DNA of 64,000 bases from NCBI GenBank assembly GCA_973851085.1, contig OZ316775.1, positions 12,152,001 to 12,216,000 of the forward strand, given 5' to 3'. The translations under genes and the position numbers were made by a program. The notes below the pieces were generated by a model. The model ran no database searches. It saw only the letters and a program-made list of their open reading frames with translations, and was not told the DNA's origin. The stretch is from Ptychomitrium polyphyllum (Eukaryota). Positions 31,672 through 42,881 of this stretch are shown in pieces (position 1 is the first letter of the stretch; the number at the start of each line of letters is the position of its first letter).

Positions 31672-32840
31672 GGTGGTGGCAACCGAGCAATATAGGATCC
31701 AAACTTGCCGAATAGGTGAAGAGCTTGGCTGAGAATGCGCTGTGACCAAGAATCCGCTTGTGCTAGAAACATTCCGTTTTCGTGATGATCATGAAAAAGC
31801 CCCAACTTAGTCGGCAGGAGGATCTTGGGGAAGCAGGTGAAGCGTAGGCTGTGGATGCACAGGACTTCTGCAACAGATTCCGTGGTAAGTTTGTCTTTCG
31901 TCTGCACTCGAATCGGAGGAACAATAAGTGAGTTGATCCCTCCTGGTTTATTGTCTTTCATTCATTAGTGTGTCATACCTCTTAATTCTCGGAGTGTAAT
32001 TCTCGGATGTTGTGAGTTAAACTTCATCCAGGACTTACCATGTGAATTACCTTTTTGTCAACGTGGAGAATGTATGGCGAGGTGGCACATATAGTAAATG
32101 AGAAGATTGAAGTTTGAATGGCACAGTGGATGGCTTCAGAAGTGTATCGGAGCGCTCACTTTTGTCCCAAATAACGACACTGTCGTTGAACTCAATGTCA
32201 ATACTTCATCGTCACGGTCACTCGGGCATCTAGAGAAAAGATAGATGGGAAAAGCAAAGGAAAGAAAAGGAAGCCAGGTGCCAGGGACTGGAATCACGAG
32301 AATGCCAGAATCACCGTTGATGATGAGAGGGCGAAGAAGGTGCAGATATGAAGTGGCGTAATGCAGGTGGTCTCGCCGCAGACGGCAAGCAGGTGGGTAC
32401 CTACGACTGCCAAGTTCTGCTAAGCACGTGCTTCATGTCCACTATCATACCCTCCATGAGCTGCCCAGACGTAGTTGTTATTAGCCTCCGTCATCATGCA
32501 CAACGGACATCGCCACCGCTACCGCCTCGCCCACCCAGGAAAGGAAGTAGACACCGGGGAGCTCCCTGACGAAGCCTCTTGTACGCCTACGTCGCCTCTT
32601 GTGCGCCTAGGTCGCCTCTTGCAGTCTCTCACGCTTTCTCGCTTCTTGTACTGTGCGTAGCTTGCTCCAATCCTCCATTTAACTCACATAGTCCACTGCC
32701 TCAGCGTGTGCATGGAAGTAGCTGGAGCTTAGTTGTTCAATTTCACTCTTTTCTTCGGAGTGCACTCTGACACTATCACCGCTGCAACATCCGCGTTTGG
32801 TTTAGACTGTGACATAGAATTGGGGTCTCATCTAGCTCCT

Positions 32841-35800
32841 ATGGAGAGCGAGTCAGGTTGCCCGTTTCATCATTCACAGGACCTCATGTTGTCGTGGATG
32901 AGCGGATATCGTTTTCTTGTGGCTTTAGCCATCGGAAGCTTCGTGGCCTGGCTATGGTGGTACCGCCAGGCGCAACGGAACGTCCCAGGACCCAATAGAT
33001 GGCCCTTGATTGGATGCACGATTGAACTCGTGCCGAATTGGCCCCGACTGCACGACTTTTTTCTGGAGCACTTCTCGGATGTCACCAAAACCTTCTATGT
33101 GGCGTTTGGCTATCCTCGCGTTGGTGTGTACACAGTGGATCCTGCGAATGTGGAGTACATTCTCAAGACCAATTTCTCTAATTACCCCAAAGTGAGTAGC
33201 ATCACGCCCCCGTGCTCTCTCTCAAGTTTGTGCGTCATAGGCATGAAGCACTCGCATGACTGTTGATGTTGCATTCTCCTGGTGTTGTGCTGTATTGGTA
33301 AATTCAGGGTTAGAGGTGGCGTTGCTTTTATCCACATGCTGTTGTATATGCTGTTTTGTGTAGGGCTTCCTTAATTGCTATCCATTGGAAGAGCTGCTTG
33401 GGAGGGGAATCTTCGCCACAGATGGAGCCTTGTGGAAGGAGCAGCGTCGCGTGGCCAGCTACGAATTCTCATCGGCAACTCTCCGTGATTTCAGTACCGT
33501 CGTTTTCCGTGAGTACGCCGTCAAACTTGTTTCTATACTCGCCTGCTTTTCGTCCACTGTTGAGGCCTTCGACCTTCAGGTACTTAATTCAGAACTCAAG
33601 GACCATCTTGTTGCTTCAAGCCTCTGTTTTTTTCTCCCGTTTAAAAGCACAGCCTTTCGTCCGGGATTTTTCGTGTCTGAAATTTTGGTGTGATCCTGGA
33701 TCACGAATTCGCGAGGAGGCAATTACAGCTTCATTATGTGAGATTTGTTTTGTCTTGTTTTGCGAAATATTTTGGCCTACTCACTTACGATTGTGATGAC
33801 ACTTGTTTTATCCATAATATTCTTCATTTGTTGAAGCAACCCATACTCATCTTGGAAATTGGGAAACCAACAATAAATGACAATGAGGACATGTGGTAGT
33901 GAATGAATGAAGACCTGAATCTAGTTTTGTGACTTGGCTCACAAACTCGCTCAATGTTTAGCAGAACAAGGTTTTGACAATGGAATGGTACCTTTGAACG
34001 ATGGAATGAGTTCTTTGGAGTGAAGGCATTAGAGGGGCCATTGGCAAATGTTATGATTGGAAAGCGGACATGGAGAGCTTTCAAAATATGTAATGTATGT
34101 ATCAAGATTTTTTATCTAGAGAGGTTACATAATAAGTGTGAAACAAGAGATTTTATTATGTGGGGATGTGCGGGCTAGGGCATTGCCTGGATGCACATTG
34201 CAAGCATCCTGGTCACGCGTGGCTGGACTGAAATTGACCTTTGGAATGGCAGGATTTGTTCATGCGGATGACGCTGGACTCTACAAGCAAAATCGGATTT
34301 GGAGTGGAGCTGGATTGTCTGTCGCCATCCTTGCCTAGCGTTCCATTTGCCAAGTCCTTCGACGAAGCCAACTACATCTCGTTTTACCGCTTCTGTGATC
34401 CTCTGTGGCCTCTGAAGCGGATGCTCAACATCGGGAGTGAGAGGAAGCTGAAGGAATGTATCAAAGTTTTGGATGATTTTACCTTCAAAATCATCAACAG
34501 ACGCAGAAAGGAGATGACGGCCTTGACTCATCAGGTGCGGATCTAGTTTGAAATGTGTGTGTGTAGAAATGGTTGAGGGCATTGGTCAATGACAGTATTG
34601 GTGTTCATTATGTGGTTCTGATACTGGAGGGTGTGGCTTTGCACAGTCAAAGCAGTCGGACCTTTTATCTCGGTTCACAGATCTGTGTACTCAAGGTGGT
34701 GAGAGATCTGCGTACACGGACAAGGCCCTGCGTGACATGATCCTCAACTTCATCATTGCTGGCCGCGACACTACGGCTGTCACGTTGAGCTGGTTTTTCT
34801 ATATGATGACCAGCCATCCTGAGGTTGCGCGCAAGATCGTTGAAGAGCTCGCCACCGTCCCCCAACAACCTGCACAATGCACTGGAGGTAGGCAGCAGGG
34901 CATTTTGTTTGATCTGCTGCAATGGGGGTTTAGGTTACATATACGCTCTTTGCTCACTGATATTCAAACAGCGAAATTGCAATGCTTGATCTTACTCGGT
35001 TATTGAGTGGCAACCATGGTTAAAAGTAGAGACGGCACTAAATGGAGCTATGTATAACTAATCTTGAATTGGCTGATCGTGACTTCAATATCGATTCTTC
35101 ACGATAGAAGTGACGGAAGAGGAGATTGTGGAGTTTGCCAAGCTGTTAACGTATGAGACGTTGGGAAAGCTCCATTACCTGCACGCAGCTTTGTCAGAGA
35201 CTTTGAGGCTTTATCCAGCTGTTCCTGTGGTGAGTATTGTAGTAGTTTATGTTGATGAAATCCAGCGATTGCCCAATCTCATACTGGTTAGGATATAACT
35301 TTTTTTCTGAGTTGGTGAAAGAAATTGGATTTGTTTAAGATCAACGGTACGTTGCTAGTTATATCTCGATGGAGTTACAGTGGAGAAGTGAATTCTATAG
35401 CATAGAAATGTCACAAAGGAGCTAGACCGTGCAATAATATAATCCTGAGGGGTTGAGACTTGCAGGACAGCAAGGAGGCAGCGAAGGACGACGTGCTTCC
35501 GGATGGCTCAAGGGTGAGGAAGGGAAACATCACAGGATATGTACCGTACTCTATGGGGCGCATGAAGATGATATGGGGCGATGATGCCGTGGAATTCAAG
35601 CCTGACAGGTGGCTCAAGGATGGGGTTTTCCAACCCCAGCCTCTCTTCAAGTTCACGGCCTTCCAGGTACAATGTTTCAAGTTCTCCTGCATCACCCCAT
35701 ACCTTGCAAGGACATCCACTATCATACTGGAGTTACACGATTGATGAATTGCAAGGGCTTCTGCAGCTAATCCTTTTTTTCAGATCAAAATTTTGTCCCT

Positions 35801-36062
35801 TTCTGCGAGAGTGGTGACAAATATGAAGTTGAAATATGTAAATTGAATTTTGGCTTGAAATGATATGCAGGCGGGTCCCAGGACATGCTTAGGAAAGGAC
35901 TCTGCGTACCTTCAAATGAAGATGACAGCAGCCCTGGTGATGCGGTTTTTTGAGTTGCACTTGGTTCCAGGTCACCCCGTCCACTACCGCACCATGCTTG
36001 TGCTCTGTATGCAGGACGGCCTCTGCGTGACAGCCACGCCCCGCTCATTCCCTTCACATTAA
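32841..36062 (+). CDS. CYP704: Cytochrome P450, CYP86 clan, CYP704 family (fatty-acid omega-hydroxylase-like), 7 exons, intact
   Basis: Exons ~32841-33191, 33364-33579, 34253-34534, 34647-34887, 35108-35229, 35466-35666 and 35871-36062, all GT-AG and in frame. N-terminal TM anchor; DPANVEYILKTNFSNYPK; I-helix NFIIAGRDTTA; ETLRLYP; heme motif FQAGPRTCLGKDSAYLQMKM, which is CYP704B-like. Confidence 0.93.
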
Positions 36063-36502
36063 TTCTTTCCTGAACTAACGAGACCCATGATTCCCAGCTT
36101 TCAAGTTCTAACCCTGTACATGCAGTATATCATGTGTTCATGTACCAACTTTTACAGAGCGTTGCAGATAAGTATGATTTCCCACCCTGTAATTCTTTAT
36201 GTAGCACGCCTCGTCATTTTCAAGCTTTGGAACTTGTTATGAGCGTGGTTTAAGGCACCTTCGAAGTGTCTCAGAGTATCATTCTGCCATTATTGAAATG
36301 TTTACCGACGGTCGAATAACTCTCAATGGCACACGTGTTCAAGTCGATTGTCCCGTGGTTAGAAAGAATCTCATTCATTTCTGCATGTTTCCAACTGGAT
36401 TGTTATATCTGTTTACACTCTCGTTGTCACTGCAATAGATACTTATATCTCGTCTTGGAGACGTTAATTCATCATCGTTTCCTGGCGCCAGCAACCTCTT
36501 CA

Positions 36503-36590
36503 GAATGGCCTGAATGTATGAAATGAATGGCCTGAATGTATGAAATGAATGGCCTGAATGTATGAAATGAATGGCCTGAATGTAGGAAAT
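36503..36590. repeat. Tandem repeat, 4 x 22 bp (GAATGGCCTGAATGTATGAAAT)
   Basis: Three identical copies and a fourth with one mismatch; no spacers. Confidence 0.95.
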
Positions 36591-37610
36591 TATCTCTTCT
36601 CAAAGTACAATTCTTGAGGACAATGTTGTAGAAATCTTTACAAAATCTTGTAGGTTCAAGAATCAAAACTTGCAACATCAAAATTTGTTCTGACGATTTC
36701 CCAGTCTGTCTGCACACACCAGGATGTAGATCACACTTGCAGGTGGTAACTAATGGTTACATTTAATAATCACAGTATCTCCTTTAAGATACTGTCTCTT
36801 GGGTACTTTCTCACAATATTCTCAAACCTCATTTCCAAACTCATAATTACAAGTTCTGAACAGAGTAGGTGGATGCAAAGAAAATTGTTGCCTATAATCG
36901 CTAAATTCTGAAGTTCAAAACCCATGGTCAATTCTTATAGACTAAAGCATCAAAAGATATGTCGTGATACAGCTTTAGTTCTACTAGTACGGCCGCAAGA
37001 TATGCACACTTTGAACTTATAATTTGTCATTTTAATCTAAAAAGGACATCTCAAAACTGACGCAGGGTATAGGTGACCAATTCACCGTATTGACACACCG
37101 TTATTCTCTTTCATCGAACTTAGAACTAAGATAGTCTGTGCTCGGCAACTTACTGGGTGGTACTATTACCCACCCATTACGTAAATTTAGTACATACCAC
37201 CGTTTTCGATTCTTATGTTGCGCATACAGATGACGTTTCAAATGTCAGTGAACGTCACAGTCCTACATAACAACAACAACAGACTCCAAGGAAGCCTACA
37301 AGCAAGGTTACAAACCCACTGAATCTTCCTAATACACCACAAAGGTTTTGCAAAAACTGCCCCCGGTCAATGACACAAGACACATGAAGAAAATATTAGA
37401 CACAGAAAATATAGCGAAAATGAAAACATACAAAAAATATGGTATGGTCGGCAAATCGCAAGGACACAAAATTAGTTATAATATCTGATAGCACATTCCA
37501 CGTCTCTCAGACACGAGACGCTTCTGAACAAGAAAAATGTTGATGAATGAAGAGACACTTAGTTGAGCAGGAATAGATTTCTAGTAATACATTCAATACA
37601 TGTATGTGAA

Positions 37611-38032
37611 CTACATCGCGGCGACCACTTGGTCTAGCAATATAACGGCCTCGGCATAGGCTTTCTCGGCCTTGGCTGGGCTCTTAGCCCTCGCGGCGTA
37701 ATCAAGCTGCAAAAACCAAAGCAGCCTTATCAGATCCACCGTGGTTGACAAAATTCAGCGTGATTTCTTAAATTAATACAGAACTTCATTTAACGGATTA
37801 AGTAAAGGACAAGCAGAAATGATGGGAAGGAAGCGAACTCAAGAGTCTAAAAAATGAAACCCTGCATTCACGACAGAAAAAGAATAGTATGAAAGCTTAC
37901 AGTGTCCATGGCTTCGATGGCCTTGGTGGTCAATGCCTTGAATGCCTTCTTCTGCTCCTTCGGCTTCGATGACTCGATGGTCTTCAAGTCGTATCTCAAG
38001 TACGATGCTGATGATCGCAGACCGTTCTGCAC
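37611..38032 (-). CDS. PSBQ: Oxygen-evolving enhancer protein 3 (PsbQ), last two exons only; 5' part lost at the assembly gap
   Basis: Exons 37901-38032 and 37611-37706, joined by a GT-AG intron, give [75 protein letters not shown]. This is the PsbQ C-terminal helical bundle. It is not in the ORF track. Confidence 0.92.
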
Positions 38033-38132
38033 NNNNNNNNNNNNNNNNNNNNNNNNNNNNNNNNNNNNNNNNNNNNNNNNNNNNNNNNNNNNNNNNNNNN
38101 NNNNNNNNNNNNNNNNNNNNNNNNNNNNNNNN
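38033..38132. other. Assembly gap (100 N)
   Basis: Run of exactly 100 N. Confidence 1.
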
Positions 38133-41100
38133 AAGTGAATATGCCGGTTGACTGTAATATTTTCTTGTCTGCCATTTTCACTAGTTGTACCAAGTTAAAT
38201 GTTGTCGTTCTACTCAACAAATTTGACAAGAATTGAATTTGGACCAATTCAGCAGCTAAAACTTATCCAGTCAACCAAATTCATGACTTGGTGTTTGATC
38301 CTACCTCAACAATGATGTTATTCTTAACTTATTTTTTGTTAAACTTCAACCACTTTTCTACTTTCTTTCTTTTATTTCAGTTTTTTAGTTCTTATTTTAG
38401 ATTTGTGAAGGTTGATTTTGTATTCTTTTGTAATTTGAATTTAGAAGTTTTTAATTAGAAGAAAGAAAAGGAAAAAAAACAAAAGGAAAGAATTTGGGTT
38501 GTTTTTTATTTGAAGATATAATTAAACAAGGGCTTAAGAAAGAAAATAAGAGTTGATGTGGAGAGATAAAGCTGATGTGGAGTGATAAAGGGCGGATGTG
38601 GCGGTTTGACCACCACCCTTTTCTTCTCTTTCAACCTCTTCCACTTGAATAAGAAGGCAATTCTTCTTCAAGTGATATCTCATTGTACACTTTTTAATTT
38701 GAGTTGATTTTTGTTGGATTTTTTTCTTCTCTTATAAAATTTTTAGAAAGTCATCACACGCTCTTTTTGGAGTTAGTATGTGACAATGGCACTAGTTTAA
38801 ATTAAGTCTAATAAGTTGCCTTAAGTTTTTGAGAGCAGGTACTTTGTATGCTTGTAACTTTTTGTGGAAATGGTTTTTATTAATGAAATTTGTAAGATAG
38901 CATTTTGACTATTTTAAGATAACAGTGTAGATATTTCAAGAGTAATGGATTCTTATAGTAGGAAGTATAAGGAAAAATACAACCAGGGTTTGAGGGCAGT
39001 ACGTAGTAGAATTTGGAGCTACATGTTTTGAACCACTGGAGATGATTGGAAGGGCTTTTAAAGTTGAAAATTTGGTGAAAATTTTATTATTAGATATGTA
39101 GTATGTAAATAAAGTTTGAAGTCTAGATTTATTATAGAAAGGAAATTATAGAATTATGAAATAAGGAGGGGTCTAGGAGCAATGGCAGAAAGAATGAAAC
39201 TTTTGAAGACATGATTCTTAACAATTACTTGAATTATAAATAAGAAATTTTGAGAGTTGTATTTAAAAACTCTTGTGCTTATGTTATTAAAATCTTAAAA
39301 GCATAGGACCTTTCAGCTAGAAGTTATACAAAAATATGTAATTTAGATTTCAAAGAAAGAAAAAAAATATTATTGATTAAGACTTGGGTTATTTTTAAGA
39401 TGGAAGCAAAGAAAAGTTGAGAAATAGAAATCAAAGATGAAAAATATAGCTAATAAATAGTTTGAAATTGTAGTTTCTATTATAAAATAAAAACTTGTAG
39501 TTGGTTAACTAAATGCAAAAAGATCCAGCGTCTCCTATAGCAATCACTCTTATCACAATAGCGCCTTGGTTGTTGATGGTAATATAGGTATCATAAAAGG
39601 GCTGACGGATCTTCATGAGTTGTTCATCTAGCTTCTGATACTAGTATTCTGTCTAATAATGAAGGACCTTGCTAGTCTTTGTTTGTTGTCAATAATGTGT
39701 GTATTTGGTAATGAGTTGCTCAATTTGTTGTTAAAGTTTGGTAATGGGCTGGTTACAAAGGTTGTATAGGTTTTTTTGAATGAAGTCAAGGTTTAGGATG
39801 AGCTCGGAAATGATTTGTTGGATTATGCCCTGATTGTGGTCCTACTCTAATGTCAAGGATTGGACTTGAATTTCTTGGTATTGTAATACACATTTGGAAG
39901 TTTCATAATTCCTTAAAACAGTTGAAGCTGCTTGGTTAGTTGGTCTTACTCATCTATGACGGATTTGGCCTGTAAAGTTAATTGGTCAAAATCGGCGTGA
40001 GCTTTGATTAGCAATGGTAAGATCTCCGCCTAGTGTTGTATAGCCTTCTGAAGGTTTTCTAAGTTATGTTTGACGTAGGAGATATTGTGGATATAGTTGG
40101 TAAATTGGGGTGTAGTAATGGGAGGAGGAGTGGGATTGAGTAGGGAGTCATTGGTAAAAAGAAGAAAGAAAGGGGGAGGATTAGTTGAGGTAGAGGATGG
40201 AGTAGGTGTACAAGGTATGGTAGAAGCAAGTGGTGTGGTGTAATTGAAATTAGAGGAATAATATGTGGAGTAGGATGTCTAGTAGAAAGATCAACTCTCG
40301 ATACCTTGCTAAAAAGAAAAGGAAACTAGTAGGAATGAAGAGCAAGAGTAGAAATTGAAATTAGAGAAAAGGATGGAAAATTATTTGGACCAAAGATATT
40401 AGTGTGGGTTGAGGCAATTTGAATTGATATATGTGATTCCCAGCAGTCTAAATACTTCCTACATTTCTATATAAGGTTTTCAAAAGAGTTTTGTGCATGT
40501 TTGGCATTTGGTGCGAGCGTAATTTAAAACCGTTGTTGTGATGTAATTAATTGTATAGTTTAAAACTTGAGTAGTATTTGTTGTTTGGTATTTTTGGAAA
40601 AGAGTATTAGAAAAAATAAATAATTAGATTAAAATAAAGGTCGTGGTGAAACCAAGATTTTTATTGATCATGGAGGTGGAACCGCATCTTGTCTTAGCTT
40701 AGGGTGATTAGGCCAATTGACTGTAATTTTTCCTGCCTGCCATTTTTGCTAGCAATACCAAGTCAAGTGCTGCCGTTTTATTCAATGAATTTGACAAGAA
40801 TTGAACTCAGACCGGTTTAGGAGCTGAAATTTATTCAATTAACCAAGTTCATGACTTGGTATCTAAACCTACCTTGACAATGGTCTTATTCTTAACTTGT
40901 TTCTTGTTGAATTTCAATCTTTTTCTTACTTTCTTTAATTTAGTTTAGTTTTTTTTAGTTTCTATTTTAGACTTGTGAGGGTTGATTTTATCTTTTTTAT
41001 AGTTGGAACCTAGAAGTTTTAACCAAAAGAAAGAAAAAAAAGAATAGCAAAAGAAAGGGATTTAGGTTGTTTTTTATTTGAAAAATATAGTTAGATAAGG

Positions 41101-41758
41101 GTTTAATAAAGGAGATTAGAAGCTAATGTAGAGAGATATAGCTGATGTGAAGAGATAAGGGGCGGATGTGGCGGTTTGACCACTGCCTTCTTCTTCTCTC
41201 TCAGCCTCTTCCACTAGAATAAGAAGGCAATTCTTCTTTGGATGAGATGGCAGAATATACTTCTTATTTTGAGTTGATTTTTGTTGGGTTTTTTTTCTTT
41301 CTTTGTAAGCTTTCCAGAAATCCATCACATACTCCATTTGGAGTTAATATATGGTTGTGGTTTTAGTTTGAGTAAAGTTAAGTTAACTGCCTTGAGTTTC
41401 TGAAGGCAGCTAGTTTGAATGTTTGTAACTTCTTATAGAAACGTCTTTTATAAGTGAAATTTAAAAAAAAAATGTTCTGATTACTTTGGAAAGGTGGTGT
41501 CAAAATTTGATAAGTATTGGATTTCTTGAGCAAAATATACGAAGACAAATGCAATCGGGACATAGAAGGCAGTGTATAGTAGAGTTTGGGGTTGTACAAT
41601 TTGGATCATTATAGATGATAGAAAGGTTTTTTAAGGTTGATATTTTAACAAGGTATATATTATAAGATATGTATTATATATACAAAATTCAAAGTTTGAA
41701 TTTATCATAAAAGAAGAGTTATAAAGTGGTAAAATAATAAGGGTATAGGTGCTGTAAC
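38133..41758. repeat. Old diverged direct repeat pair: copy A 38133-~39350; copy B ~40702-41758, resuming at ~53520 after the gypsy insertion
   Basis: Collinear blocks ~2.57 kb apart, e.g. ATTTGACAAGAATTGAA, TTCATGACTTGGT, GGGCGGATGTGGCGGTTTGACCAC and GAATAAGAAGGCAATTCTTCTT in both copies; roughly 75-80% identity by eye. Confidence 0.85.
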
Positions 41759-42372
41759 TGTTAGGGACACAAGAAACAAGAAGAAAAAACAAAGTGTTTT
41801 CCAAGAATTAGCTTCCAAAGAACTAATGACTAACAAGAACTTGATACAAAGACTAAAAAAAGGCAGGATTCAAAATGATCCACAACTTGTATTGGCAAGA
41901 CTAATGAATACCTTGTCTTGCCTCCTATTTATACTATGACGTTTGTATCTCTTAGGATACTTCTAAAAAAGCTTCCTACAAGGCTTAAGAATGTTCTAGA
42001 AGTCTAAGGAATCTTCCCAAGAAGTTTCATAAGATGTTGGAACCTTCCTAAGAGTCTTCCAAGGAGTTGGAAACTTCCTTGGAATTTTTTTAAGGTAGCA
42101 GAACCTTCTTAGGAAGTTTCCTAAAGAAGTAGAACCTTCCTAGGAAGTTTCCTAAGATGATGGAACCTTTATAGGAAGTTTCCTAGGAATTTACCTAAGA
42201 TGTTAGAACCTTTCTAGGAAGTTTCTTAAGGTGGAGGAACTTTCTTAGGAAGCTTCCTTAGAATATGGAAAGACTATAGAGACATCTAAAAGTATTCTAA
42301 GAAGCTATTATAATATACTAGAAGGTTCTAGAATGTTCTAAGGACTATGTTGCATGATCTATGTCCGTGACA
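41759..42372 (-). repeat. 3' LTR of the Tcn1-like element (614 bp, TG...CA)
   Basis: Runs TGTTAGGGAC...CCGTGACA on the plus strand. TATAAATA on the minus strand at 41926-41933; degenerate GAAnnTTC-rich tandem array at ~41985-42340. Confidence 0.93.
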
Positions 42373-42881
42373 TCACCTCCCCATTTAGCGACAAGTCCCA
42401 TGAGGAGTTCTTTTCTTGGCTTGCTTATCACATTTCTACAAATTCCAAAATCTGTCGAAGGAGTGAAGCAACATACTCTGCTCGTTGTTCTTTGTTCACT
42501 AGTTCAAGTGGTCCTTGCATGAAGCGCCGATGGCTACCAATCAAGACTTCTGTTATTGAAATGTCCCATCCCAAGATCTGATCTTAATTAAGTCCTTCAA
42601 AACATCCTCTAAACAAGATTTTGGGTCCTCCAAAAGAGATTCTTCCAATTTCTAACAAGATAACTAGAGCGCGAGCATCTTAATCAAGGCTGGAATGTGA
42701 AGGGCTACTAATCAATACTTCTGCACGAAGTCGTACTTGACATTAAAATGTCCCTTTTATATCTTGACTTAGATCCTACATTACCGAGGGCTGAAAAAGT
42801 TAAGTTGGCTCGACATTTGCTGTTGTTCATGAAAGTATGGCCGACTGCTCTACACTCATATCCATGATAATACGAAGGTTT

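Noticed and set aside
36503..36590. CRISPR-like array
   Set aside because: Units are contiguous with no spacers, there are no cas genes, and the context is eukaryotic.
42400..42881. Antisense (plus-strand) ORF in the gypsy 3' region
   Set aside because: The stop density is about what random AT-rich sequence would give.
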